The notes: a model not told the origin generated them from the sequence alone. A stretch of DNA of 64,000 nucleotides from Podarcis vaucheri (GCA_965113315.1 OZ220371.1); one strand, 5' to 3'. Numbered from the stretch's first letter, positions 13,625-27,869 are shown. Numbers and translations are program-made.

Positions 13625-14390
13625 AATTCTCCTAAAAGGAGAAATATTGAAGGCCCAAAGAAAGAAAAGTGGAAGGCATCTAAGGAAACTGGTGTGGCTG
13701 CATAAGGAGCTTACAAATGAGCAGAGAGTTAAGAAGAGCCTGTATAAGAAATTGGAAATCATAACAAGTGCCGGGGGAAAGTCAGGCTGACCACAGCTCA
13801 GAACAGATAATTCAGCAGTCTGTGAGCATTTAGAAAAGGATGCTGTGATTACTAAGACCCAGCATGGGTTTCTGAGAAACAAGTCATGCCAGACCAATCT
13901 GATGGAATTACAAATTTAGTGGATCAGGGAAATGTTGTGCATATAGTGTATCTTGATTTCAGTAAGACTTTTGACAAAGGACCCCATGATATTCTCACAA
14001 AGAAACTGTTAAAATATAAGTTGAACAAGGTAACTGTTAGATGAATTTGTAGCTTGTTGACTGACCAAACCCAAAGAGTACTCATTAATGGTTCCTCATC
14101 ATCCTGGAAAAAAGTGACAAGTGAGGTGCCACAGGGTTCTGTCCTGGGCCCCTTGTTGTTCAACATCTTTATAAATTACTTGGATGAAGGAATTGAGGGG
14201 ATGCTCATCAAATTTGCAAATGACACCAAACTGGGAGGGGTAGTTAATGCCACAGAAGACAGAATCAGAATTCAAAATGACCTTAACAAATTGTAGCACT
14301 GGTTGCAACAAAATGAATTTCAATAGGGACAAATGTAAGGTTCTTCACTTAGACAGGAAGAACCAGATGTACAAATATAGGATGGGGGAC
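13625..14390 (+). mobile_element. Degenerate CR1 LINE ORF2 fragment with internal deletions
   Basis: [41 protein letters not shown] and KFANDTKL motifs with stop codons. Similar to the copy at 29.9-31.0 kb. Confidence 0.85.
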
Positions 14391-17300
14391 CGGGCAATGG
14401 GGAAGCCAGAAAAGGGGACCTGGCAATGGTGGCATGTCACACCCCCACCACTACTGCCACCTATTTTTTTAGGAGAGTGAACTTTATGTTAAGGAAAATA
14501 TGGATAACATCAGTACTGTTCTGAAAGTTGTAGCTTTGGTGCTGTTGTTTTCCCCCCTGTGCTTCGGGAGAGAAAGTAATGAGTATCCTGACTTGGAATT
14601 TATTTCTAGAGCATGACTATTGCTGAGATTCATTCACCTCTCTTTTACATAAATACTATGCTGACTAAAATATTCTAGTCATTGGACTTGTGGAATTTAT
14701 TCCATTGAGGCTACAGTTCCATGAATCCTACGCATGTTTACTGGGATATAAATTGTTTTCTATGACACTCTTTTTTGAGTAAGATGTGGAACTGGATTTT
14801 TATTTTATTTTCCCCTCTAATACTAAAAAGGCATAGAACCTAGTGACACCTTAAGGACTAAAAGCCTAATGCTGACACTACACTGCATTTTCTCTTCATT
14901 TCAGAGATGGGTCGTTTTCCCCCAGTACCTGCCGATCTCTACTTTTAATCAGATCTCATTTCTGTACAATTATCATTTCAGGCTTGTGTTGATTGCTTTT
15001 GCTAAGCATAATGAGTAAAAAGAAACACTATCTCATTGTGAAGAATATTGGATTGGTTGGTGTAATAGACACAGTTGCTATTTTTTCCTTGCTCTTTGAA
15101 AAGTTAATTTTCTCTTTCATCAAATAACTAGCGGACTACTAATAGCATATAAGGTTTTAGAGGGATTTGCATTAAAGAATGTAGTTGAGTGCCTTATCTG
15201 CTTTTGGAACCAAAGTGACATATGGATGTTCTTTTACTATTAAAACCTTAGGCAACGTCTAACACACTTGCTGAAAATTGCCTTGGGCTGGTTTTAAGTG
15301 CACAGAATAGCAATGTACCTCATGCATCAAACACATCTACAGGTCACTGTTTATTCAGTTATTTCAGCTGTAAGGGGCTTGAGACATGAAAACTGTGAAG
15401 AAATAAATTGTTTGGATACCAGTGAGGGTTGATGTGCCACCCTGTTAATGTCAAATAAGAAATGCTACTACACTAGACCACACAAATGTAGCTTCAGAAA
15501 CAACATTTTACAAACAGCTGAAATGCATTCAGTGCAATCATTGTATTCACACAATGAAAATCCACTTTTAGCTCCTGCCTCAAAGGGCTGTGTGTGTGCG
15601 TGATGGTGTACAGCAAATTCTGCAAAAGTGCAGAAAATCTGCTCCAATCCAGCAATGTTGGAATGAAGTATTGTGTCATAAAGCATTACAGCTGGGAAAG
15701 ACGGTAAGATCCGACAACCTCAGCAGAGTGTGTAGGAAGAAATTGTGTGGGTTGAGTGATTGACATGGCTCCTTTCTGTGCCCAACATTGCCAGCCCCTG
15801 GTCCTGTGGGTGAAAGATAATGGTTTTGTGTTTGTTTTGTTAGCATTCCTTTTTCATCCCAGCTTGTAAAAGCAACTCATGAAGCCTTCGGATAAGGCAA
15901 CTAGAACCTTTTCATATGTATAATACTGCTCTGATCCGTTGAGATAAGATAGGCAAGTATGAATAACAAATATTAAGGGAAAGTATCATTTATTTCTTTA
16001 TCGAAGCACATAAAATGAATCCTGAACTTTATTAGAAAACAATGCCCTTTATTTATTGAACAGGCAGGACTAGGTGACATATGATGTTAACAACTAGAAT
16101 CACACATGGAGATTTTAATTAAGAGCAAAAGCTGTTTGGCAAGACTAATTTGAAAAGCAAAGATTAGCACAACTTGCTAGAGTTCAACATCAGCTTTGCA
16201 CTGGCGTTTAAAAGAAACCCTGTATGCATTATAGAAGGCACAGTTGCAGAGGCGAAAGCCATAGCTGTGTGCTCTGTGCTATGTTTCGCAGCTAAACAGA
16301 CACATGATTTCTTATGAAAAATATCTGGTAATCTCAAATACTGAGCTGTGAAGTGAACTAATTAAATGCTTCATGTTGCACTAACTAATTCCTAAAACTA
16401 TTCCCCAAGTATTAGTAGAGCACTTGGCAGGAAGATGGATAATCTAAACTGGGCACAGTATTTGTTTTATCTTAAGGCTGCATAAAGAAAGACACTAATG
16501 AGCAATTCAGCTGAATGTGAAATTATACATTTGTTTCAGAGGCACAGTTTTTTACAAAACAAAATAATCACAAAGAAAATTATGATAGCAGAGCTTCATG
16601 TTGCCAAACAAATTTCTTGAATCTATAATTTAGGGGTTATAAAATCATGATAGAAGACCCCCCCACACACACACACACTCCCTCCATGTGCTAGCAGAGC
16701 TCAGAGATTCAGATATCCGAGTAGAGTTTTCATGCATTTCATTGAAAACAGTTAAGGTGTATCTATATATTGACAAATGTTTCTGTGTACTCTTGTTGAT
16801 TTGTACAGCTCAACTACTGTATACAATCAGCGACTATTATATGTTAAGAACAATACAAGCATACAACTCTCTCTGTACACAACTACACAGATTGAAGACT
16901 CGTTTAATTTAATATGTGAACACTCCTGCAATGACATCGAGACAGGTCATTAAATCCCCCTTAGTGAACTACCATAACTTCCGAAACAACGTTCTTTTTC
17001 TGAATGTGCGATCTGGATGCAAGATAAAAAGAAGCAGAGGAAAAAAATATGTTGTTCTAGAGCCTCTCAGTGCTCAAAAGCATTAGGGTGCCACAAGAAG
17101 CTGGAAGGCATGGAGGCATTTTAAGTCTACCCTTACCCAACCGCCATCAAACTGGCACAAAAAATGTGGAATATTGCCTTCCTCCAGCCATCTTGATTGC
17201 TATTCAGTGGACATTCTGCCAATTACAATGAAAAAGAAATAAATTTCTGCTTCAGGGTGACTCAGTTTGGGAACTGTAGCTCTGTGAGGGTAGGAGAGTC

Positions 17301-17905
17301 TTCTAACATTCTCAGTACCCTTAACAAACTGCAGTTCCCAGGATTCTCTACAGAAAGCTGTGACTGTCTAAAGTGGTATGCTTAAATACATAGTGCTATG
17401 CTTTAAATGCATCGTGCTGATGGGACCTCAATGCTCAAATGACAGTTCTTTGCAACCTTTCCACAAGGTAACTTGGATTTTCTCAGTTTGATTTCCCATT
17501 TTAATCACTGTCACTTTGGTATCTGCAGTCAATCTCCATTGCCAACTTTAGACAGCTCCCCAGTCATTATACTTCTGCAGACCTCAGTGGCTAGTACATT
17601 GCAAGTTTGCAAACAACTGTTACATAGAATTAGTGTCAAATCTACCTATGACAGCAATGTCTTCTGAACAGAAATAAATGTTATCGGAAGTGACCTATGA
17701 AAAGACAACAGATTTAATGTTTACTGTAAAAGGCAAAATAATCATTGCAGTTCCCATCCAGGGAGAGTTAGAGGGGGCACACACCTGCTCAAATGTTTCG
17801 GCTCATATTCCATTGAGCATCTGTATCTATGGGTGACTTCCAATGCTAGCTGTACCCAGATAAAAGCCAATTAAATTCATCAGCTTGAGTTAATTGATTT
17901 CTTTG

Positions 17906-17971
17906 ATTTCAATGGGTCCGCTCTGAATTTCACTGTATATTTCAATGGGTCCGCTCTGAATTTCACTGTAT
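17906..17971. repeat. Exact 33-bp tandem duplication
   Basis: ATTTCAATGGGTCCGCTCTGAATTTCACTGTAT x2. Confidence 0.95.
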
Positions 17972-18077
17972 ATCTATTGCGAGGTACAAATGTGTTTGTG
18001 TCAGGGGGTATTCATTTGTTTTGTTCTTGTTTTTATTATATATATTTTGTGGTTTTATTTTGTATAGTTATTTTATA

Positions 18078-18330
18078 GAGCCAGTGTGGTGTAGTGGTTA
18101 AGAGCGGTAGTCACGTAATCTGGGTAACCGGGTTCGCGTCTCCGCTCCTCCACATGCAGCTGCTGGGTGACCTTGGGCCAGTCACACTTCTCTGAAGTCT
18201 CTCAGCCCCACTCACCTCACAGAGTGTTTGTTGTGGGGGAGGAAGGGAAAGGAGATTGTTAGCCGCTTTGAGACTCCTGAAGGGGAGTGAAAGGCGGGAT
18301 ATCAAATCCAAACTCTTCTTCTTCTTCTTC
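18078..18330 (+). mobile_element. Squam3-type tRNA-derived SINE (lacertid type), inserted in an older L2 3' remnant
   Basis: A-box TGGTGTAGTGG, B-box GGTTCGCGTCT, CORE-like GTGACCTTGGGCCAGTCAC, (CTT)n tail, TATTTTAT-like flanks. Confidence 0.85.
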
Positions 18331-21300
18331 TATTTTTATGCTGTGAACCACCATGAGATCTTCGGAGGAAGGGCAATATACAAATTTATTAAAATAAATA
18401 AATAGATGTCAAATATCAAATGCTTTTAAATTACAGTTTTAGATTGTGGGTTGCTTGTTTGTGATTATAGCTTCAATTATCCAAAACTAGAAAGTGTGCA
18501 TTGTCCAACCCTATGGAAAGCTGAAATGACATTTATTTAAGGTTCTTTGAAAAATAAAATAAAGGGGGGGAGAAGTAAAAATGGACATGTGGAGATGCAC
18601 CATCTTCAAACACACAGAAAGGGAACTACAGAATACAACAAAATGAGATGCAGCTAAGCTCATGTTTCCACAATGATAGGCTATTTAATCATAATTGCTA
18701 TTATGTGAAAGAAAATAAACTCCAGTATGTGTATAGTTTAAGAAGATTATGCTATAATCTTGATGTGCTGTCATTAGTGTAAGCCTGCTCAGGAGCATTG
18801 CAGAGCCTGGAGATGGAGCTTTCATGAATTCTGTTTACAAGCTGTGAAGGAAATATATTATGCATACAGTGAGCTCTGCTAAGAGTCTGGGCTGCTTCCC
18901 CTAAGGTTACAGCAAATGCAAACCTTCTGGATTCGTATGATGATGAATCTATTGCGAAAAATGGTTACAGGTCTAGTATGACGGCACTTTGAAGAGCCAA
19001 AGAAGCTATTTCTGTTGTGGAATGATGTGTCCATATAGTGCATGGGACCTGGATGCTTTCCTTACCAGGGAGTATCTGAGCCAATCCATTTTCTAGCATG
19101 GCAAGACAAGGTGGTCAATGCACTTGTAGCAAGTGGGTCATGTTTGCAGTCTGGCTGCCACATTTTGGAACCAGTTGCTTTACAAGGACAGCCTAAAATG
19201 CCAAATTACGGTACTTAGAACTCTGGAAGATCAGGGTTCTCAGTCACACATGGAGCCCACGTGAATGGAGTAGACTCTAGTTTCAGAATGTTGTCTTCCC
19301 ACTCACGCACTGGAAGAATTGGGCTTTGCAGCTCACCCCTACTTCTTATTACAGTGCATTGGTAAGCAGTCCTGAAGAGAACTATAGAGCTGAGTGATAT
19401 CTGTGCATTGATTCCACCTAACTTTGAAGCTCCAGATTACTTCTCCTCTCAATTTCATATACATGTGTTAAACCACTGAGCCTTGTTATTTTAAGATACC
19501 ATTTTATGACTCTGGTTTCACTTGCCCTACCTTGTTCTATAAACTATGGAAACTGGTCTAAATCAAATTAGATCAGATTTAGAATTGGGAGGACTTGTGT
19601 GCAAAAAGCCAGGAATTGGTTGGGTTCTTCCTCCAAGGATCCTTCACTAAATGATTGACCAGACAGCTCAAGTAAGTAGCCCTTCATTTTGCTGGCTGTC
19701 TTGGTGTCATTCAACTTGAAAGTTTATCGCAAGAGTTTTATCAGGTAGTTGTCTCTCATTTAAATCTAAAAATTTATCTTGTCCCCAGGTGTGTTTGTTC
19801 AGAGATGAGGGACATCATGTTTTCAAGTGCTTGTCAAACATGACTCGTGTTGCTCACATATACCATTGTTTTAGGGATGAATGAGTTTGTGAGACTTGTC
19901 TTGAATGCAACTAGCAAAGAAGGGACATGTGCTATTTGTGTGTGTGTATCTGTGTGTTTCCAAACAAATCTCAGATTCATTTCTTGGTTTGATTAAAATA
20001 TGCTGTCATTCTGTCTAAATGGATGTTCACAAGGGCATGAAAGTTGGTGCTTCTTTCTCACTTCCAACTGTCGATTAGAAAATGTTGCCTTTCCAAGTGT
20101 CAACTCAGGCAGCTGGGGGATACATGGTTTCTTCGTCTCCCCTAATTTGCACTGTTCTAAATCCCTAGAGGTTACTGAGTTAAGGAAATAGGAAAATAGG
20201 TCTTTCCCACAGGGAAGGAATGTACTTTTTCCTCCTTCTGTCCCCAGAAGCTTCAGGTCACAACAAGAAAGTGGTGCTGCCACTTTTTCAATTGCAGTTC
20301 AGGATTTTAGTAGAAGATCAGATTCCCCCTGGCCTGTGTTTCTTCCCTGGTGGAAAAATCAGTGAAGGGGGATACAGATTCACGCCATCTAGGTTATTCC
20401 TGTCAATGACAGAACATCACTAATAAGAAGGAAAAAGTTGGGATCAGGGAGGAAGAGATTTAACTAAACTCGATTGTATCAGGAACCTGCAGCATGTTTT
20501 AAAATTGTTTTATATGTAATTGTTTGAGGTTGATGGGTTTTTTTATTAAAAAAATTATATATGCAATTATTTGATTATGTGTGTGTGCGTGTTTAATTTG
20601 CTACTGTATTATAAATCATGATGAGAAGCCGCATAGGAAGGAATTCATAAATGAAATAAGTAATACAACATTAACTAGCTTTTGATCACTTCAATTGATC
20701 TATTGATGCCAATTCAAGTAAACAACTTTGTATTGCAGAATCCCTATGGGAAAAATAAAACATGATGGAAGCCTTAAATAACCATACTATCACAACTTAT
20801 TTTCTACCAGTACATTAGCAAACAAGAAGGCTTTATGACAACCAGTTTGACAGGTTTGAAAACAGTGTATTAATCAAGAGAGGTGAGTAAGTTGCACAGT
20901 TGGTTGGCTCCAAGACAGAGAAAACCCAGGTTCTCGTGATCCTCAAAGTAGCACCCCCACCCCCAAGCACTGATTATTCATTAGATAGGTTTATCATAAA
21001 TTTGTGTTGGATGGCATTTGGCATACTAAACCTTTTTGGAACTTATCATGTAATAATGCTTTTGCACCATATCTTTATTTTCTAGGCAGACCTCATAATA
21101 TAAATTTAAGAAGCACTGTCTTTCTGATAAATATTATAAATATGTTTTTATATTTCAAGAAGACGAGGCATAAGGATACAGAATCATACTGTATGTTTCA
21201 GCCAGCATTCAAGGAGGATAGAGAGTAGGACCATTTAGGCATGGGGCTCTTTGAGGGGGCCACTATCTGGGTGAGAGGGCATGACATGGGGCGAAATCCT

Positions 21301-22654
21301 AAGGGTTGGACAGAGAGGCTTGGAGGGCTGATGCCCATACTGCTCTGGTGCATCACCTGAAGATGGCTTCAAAATCAAGACCTGAAAATGTGCTCCCTGC
21401 ACTTAACAATATGACTTATTAGGTAGCTAAATGTGGATTATTAGCATTATGTGGTGCTAGGGTAACAGCAGCAAAAGTCTCTCTTTACCACATGCACATT
21501 AGAAGAATGCCAGTTATTAAAATATGTGTTTTCTTTCATAAAACCTAATGGTTAAAAAAGGGGAGTGGGGAGAGCTAAATTCAGCAAACAGTGTCGTTGA
21601 GCCGCAAGGGAAAAACAATCTGTAGCAAGACATCAAATTGGTTTCAGTGAAATAGCTGAGGAGCCCAAGCCAAAGAATGCTGCTGCTGCATTGTGTTTGC
21701 ATTTCTGTGATGGGATTTACATAACTCAACATGACATTATATTGGCTGAGACACAAATCTAGTCCTTAATCCAACAAGACGCAAAGTGCTCACTGTGTTG
21801 TGTCACCAAGATCTCTTCTGCCAGCCTTCTGTATCTTGCCCAGCCAAATACAATCTGTATGCATATTTATCCGTTTAATGCTTGGCTGCATGTTTCCCAG
21901 CTCCCATATAGTTGCAAAGATACAGTATACCGATATAATATGTTTTCCTGGCAGTATAGCACTTTGCTATTGATATAGATGTATAGAATTGGCAACTGGA
22001 TTTTTCTTTTGCTGCAAGGTTGGAATGTAAAATGCCTCTCTTCATCCCCCATTCCCCATCCAATCAACATTTTCTTCTTCTGCTTTGTTTTCCTCACTTC
22101 TTTCTCTGCCCTCTTGTTTACTGTCACTTAATGAGCTTTATGTGGTGGCAACACCATTAGAATCACAATCTCTCCATTCACAAGGTATCATAAAACAGAG
22201 ATATTTGAGCACCTGCAGTGAAAAATACAGTTCTAAATCTTGACTGTCGATGGATTTCATAAATACTAAAATCCTAAAATAACAAATCAGACAGTGATTG
22301 CTAGTCCTCTTGAGAGGTTCTAAATTTCTTCTTGGCCTTCTCTGTTGTTCTGACATCAGGAAAAATGCTGCCTCCTAGAAGGATAAAAATAGTCTGTGGC
22401 AATGATAATATTTTCCAACTAATTATCTACAATGGTTTGCAGGGACGATTTGTCACAGCATTCACTTTCACTACTCACTTGATGGGCCCATGTTTGGTGC
22501 CACTGAAGAACAGTGGACTGAAGACACAGAGGCTGATGGAATAGTTAGGCCAGAAGACTGAGGCCCACAGTGCATAGGGCACCTTGGAACAAAATAATTG
22601 CAAATTATTTCTAAAATTTGAAAGCTCTTTTACACCTGAGTAATATGAGTCAAA

Positions 22655-22855
22655 GGGACCCGGGTGGCGCTGTTGGCAAAACCTCAGTGCCTAGTGCACT
22701 GCTCTGATTCGCCAGAAGCAGCTTAGTCATGCTGGCCACATGACCCAGAAGCTGTATACCGGCTCCCTCGGCCAATAAAGCGAGATGAGCACCACAACCC
22801 CAAAGTTAGGCATGACTGGACCTAATGGTCGGGGTCCCTTTACCTTTACCTTTAC
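22655..22855 (+). mobile_element. Sauria SINE with internal deletion
   Basis: GGGACCCGGGTGGCGCTG head and (ACCTTT)n tail. About 150 bp of the middle is missing relative to the other copies. Confidence 0.85.
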
Positions 22856-23114
22856 GGGTAGTTATATTTGATGATGATGTCCAACTCTGAAAAAAATGTT
22901 GCATCTTGAATGCTGGTGGGCTGAGGCATTTCCAGTGCCCATTTTGTCATGCTTGGCGGAATTCCTAAAGCAGCCCTATTTATAATCTCCAAACTAAGCA
23001 TGCCCAGGAGTCAACTATGTCTCTTTATCCATCCCCAGAGTGGCTTGTTGAAGCCATCTACAACCCACTTTCTACCAGAATTAAGCAACAATAAAATTTT
23101 GCTGGCCCTAACCA

Positions 23115-23461
23115 TAGGGCAGCCTTATGTCCAGACTTTCCCAGACATTACTGGAATTTCAAAGGAGGAATAGATGTCCAGGGGGAAATTCCGAAAGGCA
23201 ATGCTTTGTCCTGGATCTTAGGGAAATCAATCGAAAAACTGTGTCTACAAGTTACAGATAGGTAGCCGTGTTGGTCTGCCATAGTCAAAATAAAAAAATT
23301 CCTTCAAGTAGCACCTTAAAGACCAACTAAGTTAGTTCTTGGTATGTATAAGAACTAACTTAGTTGGTCTTTAAGGTGCTACTGGAAGGAATTTTTTTAT
23401 TGTGTCTACAAGGACACTTTGGGGTGTCCTGGTTTTTACTTTTTGAAATATAGCAACCCTA
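23115..23461. mobile_element. Old hAT-like MITE interrupted by a Penelope fragment
   Basis: Termini TAGGGCAGCC / AGCAACCCTA. 8-bp flanks CCTAACCA / CCTAATAA (6/8 match). Confidence 0.55.
23252..23400. mobile_element. Penelope-like element fragment in inverted (fold-back) configuration
   Basis: Arms 23290-23340 and 23350-23400 are 51-bp inverted repeats with 1 mismatch. 12-bp direct flanks TGTGTCTACAAG (23240-23251, 23401-23412). GTAGCCGTGTTGGTCTG...GTAGCACCTTAAAGACCAAC resembles squamate Penelope termini (recognised from memory). Confidence 0.7.
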
Positions 23462-25199
23462 CCTAATAATGGAACTGTGTTCTACTCCATGCTGGAGGCT
23501 CTACCAATAAGAGAGAAACATTTCCAGTGGGTCCAGCACCCTAGGTTTTCTGGACCCAATGCAGAAGTATTTTTGCTTCTCCATTGCTACTTTGGAGGTG
23601 TTGGGTATGTTATCTCATAGACAAATGAAGTTCAAGCTTGTCACTGAGAAATCCTTGAGGTTTATTGAATTCCGCATCTGAATGCAGAACAATCCAGTGC
23701 AATGAGAGGTCCATAACAATAGCACTTCCTCACTGCATTCAAGGGACATCACGTTATGAGGTGGAACTCTAGTGTGTCCCAGGGAATCAGGAAGTCACTA
23801 GGCATATAAAACCCAACTGAAATGAACACTGAGCTCTTTGTTCATGGCCAAAGTGAACTGCAGAAGCAATTCTAGCTTCTTGTATACACTCCAGAGTTTG
23901 GGAGGGCTCCAATGATTTAACTCCACCCTCTACTAAAGTTATGGGGAGAGAAAAATGACAGTTCCTTCTAAAGCTGTTTCAATTTTCCCAGAAGACTTTT
24001 TTTCAGAGAACGCTTTTCTTTTTCCCAACTAATGAGAAAAATAAGGCAACTTTGCATGCAGTGTTGTGAAATGCTGCCTAGGGCTGAGGTGTTGTGGAGG
24101 ATGCAAGATGGTGACCAGATTCCTAACATAGTTTCTTTTTTTTCCCTTTGCAACCACAGTAAAAAGGAGGGGAAAGGAAACATTTGGAAAAAGGAAGTCA
24201 TTGTGTTACTGTCCCTAACAATGCTGAAATGAGAAATTGTAAGAAAATTTCTCCTTCCCATTCATAATACTGCCCCACAATTTTTCTACCCTCAAATAGG
24301 ATGATAACTTTTTGCCATTTGTTCACTCCTCTGAGTCCTTCTATCCATCTCTACTAAACCCTTTCTGTAAGCAGCAGCAAAAAATCCCCCCAAAACCTCA
24401 ATTTCTCAACAGAAACTTTTTGGGCAAAACAGGCGTGATTTTGTTTCAAACTGTTTTAAAAGCACTATAAAGCTACAATAAAGTAAATTTTAGATCCCAT
24501 AAACCACTACAACATCTGCCACCAAACAGTATTCCAGTAACTATACCTTCATAGTAGTTTAGCATATCTTTCCTTCAAAACACCATCTGGTCTGATCTAT
24601 AAAAACGAATTTGTAGTATATGGGCTTTTTAGAATAATCAGCAAATTGAGTTTCGGCATAACACTACTGGTATTCAGAAATGCAGAAGGCAAGATAGCAG
24701 CTCAGAAAAATTCCATCGATTCTAACAGGCAGCAAACATGTTCATTCTACACTATTGCCTGACTAGTTACTAGAAAGAAGAAAAGCAATTCTTTTCAAGT
24801 CTTGTTGGCCTTGATTAGGCGTTTTCTCCTTGTTTAGCAAGGGCCATTTTGTATTGTCCATTCCCACTTTTCAAAAACCCTAATATCAGTGCTTTTTTCT
24901 GTGGGGATGCATACCCCTAAACATTTTGTGAATCTTTGTACTTTTGTCCATTTACTATATTTATTTTTCCTGATTTGAACTATAAAATTGTGATTTTCTT
25001 GAGTCAAAATGAGAGTACCCCTAAACATTTTAAAGAAAAGAAAGCACTGCCTAATATGCACAAGAAGAGCTCCAGAAAGACCTTTCTCAAAGCAATACGT
25101 CGCAATTGCATCCCAGGAGGCACATGTAGGGATGCTCCAAAAGGATCAGTCTTGTTCAGGACAAATAAAGGGGTGCTCCTGTATCACTATATTCTCATG

Positions 25200-25430
25200 C
25201 AGTGGTACCTCAGGTTAAGAACTTAATTTGTTCTGGAGGTCCGTTCTTAAGCTGAAACTGTTCTTAACCTGAGGTACCACTTTAGCTACTGGGGCCTCCC
25301 GCTGCCACCACGCCATCTCTGTTCTCATCCTGAAGCAAAGTTCTTAATTCAAGGTACTATTTCTGGGTTAGTGGAATCTGTAACCTGAAGCGTCTGTAAC
25401 CTGAAGCACCTGTAACCCGAGGTACCACTG
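25200..25430. mobile_element. Tigger-like MITE (opposite orientation to 22-263)
   Basis: CAGTGGTACCTC...GAGGTACCACTG followed by TA. Confidence 0.9.
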
Positions 25431-25518
25431 TACATCCGAAAAGTAATACACTACTATCCTAGATAGTACTGCCTTCAACACTATTGGTCAACAAGGAATC
25501 TGAGTATTGACGCATGTA

Positions 25519-25874
25519 AAGGTAAAGGTACCCCTGCCCGTACGGGCCAGTCGTGTCCGACTCTAGGGTTGTGTGCCCATCTCACTTAAGAGGCTGGGGG
25601 CAGCGCTGTCCGCAGACACTTCCGGGTCACGTGGCCAGCGTGACAAGCTGCATCTGGCGAGCCAGCGCAGTACACGTAAATGCCGTTTACCTTCCCACTA
25701 GTAAGCGGTCCCTATTTATCTACTTGCACCCGGGGGTGCTTTCGAACTGCTAGGTTGGCAGGCGCTGGGACCGAGCAAAGGGAGCGCACCCTGCCGCGGG
25801 GATTTGAACCGCCAACCTGACGATCGGCAAGTCCTTGGCGCTGAGGTTTTACCCACAGCGCCACCCGCATCCCC
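25519..25874 (-). mobile_element. Sauria SINE, young copy
   Basis: Perfect 13-bp TSD ATTGACGCATGTA (25506-25518, 25875-25887), CpG-rich, AAGGTA tail. Confidence 0.93.
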
Positions 25875-27480
25875 ATTGACGCATGTACTTTCCCCATAAT
25901 TCCTCTGGTATAACTATTGGAGGAACCAAGTTATTGTTAAATGGTTGACATATATTGTTCTTGATGGCACATTAACATGTGGTGTCTAGGCCCGAGCGAT
26001 ATATTGATATATTGATATATTGCCCAGTACCAGTATATCGAGATGTCGGCTTCACTCAGCGATATATCACTGGTGAAACCACCACCACTCCTGAGTATTA
26101 GAGAGGCAAGTTCAGGGAGGGGGTCCCACCCATTTGCTTTCTCAAACAGATCTACTTATTATGTTATCTTAATGGCCCAACAGAAAGTTAGTCTCACTTA
26201 TATTTTAAAACTTGTCGGATCCAGGGGTTAGGAGAGTCTTTGTGTACACCCTAATGCCCCTGCAAAAATAAAAATAAAAAATCTCATAACAATATGTCTG
26301 CATTATAATTTACTTATGTAACTAACAATTAATATACATACACATTTTTTCTTACAAATAACTAAATTGACAGTTTTAAGCATCATTTCCAATAAAGTAC
26401 TTAAACTACTCTAATAATGGATGGTTCCTTGCAAATGAGTAAACCAAATATATAAGCTGAAATCCAGTTCCTAATGCAGTTAGGTGCTGCCAGTAACAGG
26501 GGTGGAAGTCATGGGTGGGGAATTTTAAGATGAGTAATGGAACTGAGTAATCACTCTGACAACTGAGATCATCATAAATTCTGGACAAGGGTCCAGAATG
26601 TTAAATGACTAGTAAAATCTTCTCTTTGCTAACTTACTACTTGCCTGACCTGTGAAGGCTTAACAAGTTCACATTATTTCATTTAAACTAGAAAAATGGT
26701 TTCCTAATGAAATAGCAGTACTTCCTAAGTGTGTGTGTGTTGCAAAAAGCAATAATAAGCATGTGAGGAGCTTATACCAGGCTCTACATTCAAATCAAGC
26801 ATAATAAATAAGACATTTTAAAGTGAAGTTGTTGACGGATGGGCAAGTGGAAACAAGGTTATAATGATAGATTGGGGGGATGATATGAAACAAATTAAAG
26901 TGTCCACTCATTAAAGCAACAGAAAACACTTTATTGTGTATTTGGCTTGTGTCTGTTAGGCTGGCAGACCATTTGGTGGCAATTTAAGCATCTTTAGCCT
27001 GAGAGAGCCAAACACTAACCGGGTGAATCAAGATTCGTGGAGTCTTTTCATCAGCCTGATCCAATGCCAAAGTAGCCTTCTTTGTGCTAACAATCATTAC
27101 AAGTCAAACTTATGAGCAGCTGCTGGAGAAAATAGCTTCTTGATGTTTTGCTGGAGAAGAATACAAGTTTTGCAATCTGTCCCGCAACAAAATGCAATAA
27201 GCACAGTATATTTGATTGCTGGATGAAATATTCATATTAAAACGTTTGCAGTTGTAGCACAGTTTGTTCAGTGTTCCTTTTATTACTATGACTTTGTAGA
27301 TGTAACTTTTGAACAGTGTATAAGTATCCAAAAAAAATGAAGTAATTGACAGTTTCTAATGCATAATAGTTGGAGAAACAGGTGCATAGGAAAGTTTTGT
27401 ATTTGGGGACAGATTGGCAAAGCATGACAGAGTAGCAACAGATGCCATTTCCTTGAGCAAAGGAAGGATAGGACACACAC

Positions 27481-27487
<7 letters not shown>

Positions 27488-27522
<35 letters not shown>
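27488..27522. repeat. (TG)n microsatellite
   Basis: Directly visible. Confidence 0.95.
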
Positions 27523-27525
<3 letters not shown>

Positions 27526-27868
27526 TGCTCACAGACCTAGGGAGAAAGACAAGGACAACAGTGAACGGTGGGAAATAAAGTTGCATCACTTATTTTATGG
27601 ATCAGTAATACTAAACAATACTGCTCTACACCTTCCTATCTCTGATCAGGCTAACATGTGCCACTTCTAGAGAGCAGCAACAAAGTCACACCCTTGCTGT
27701 TATTTCCCATGGACAGCCTTACCCCAAGCAAGAGTTCCATAAGTAGCACAAGACCTGCCTTGGAGTTCCATACATCTCAAGAGGAAAGGGAAACCAGAGC
27801 CTGTGCAACTCAGCTGATACTGCTACCTAAGCTTAAGGAACTTCCCAAGTCTGTCTCATACAGTTTTC

Positions 27869-27869
<1 letters not shown>

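Noticed and set aside
18078-18155. tRNA gene
   Set aside because: The A/B boxes belong to the SINE head, which continues into the CORE and L2-like tail.
25988-26075. TAGGCCCGAGCGATATA possible hAT left end with GATATATT repeats
   Set aside because: No matching right end or TSD was found, so it is too fragmentary to call.
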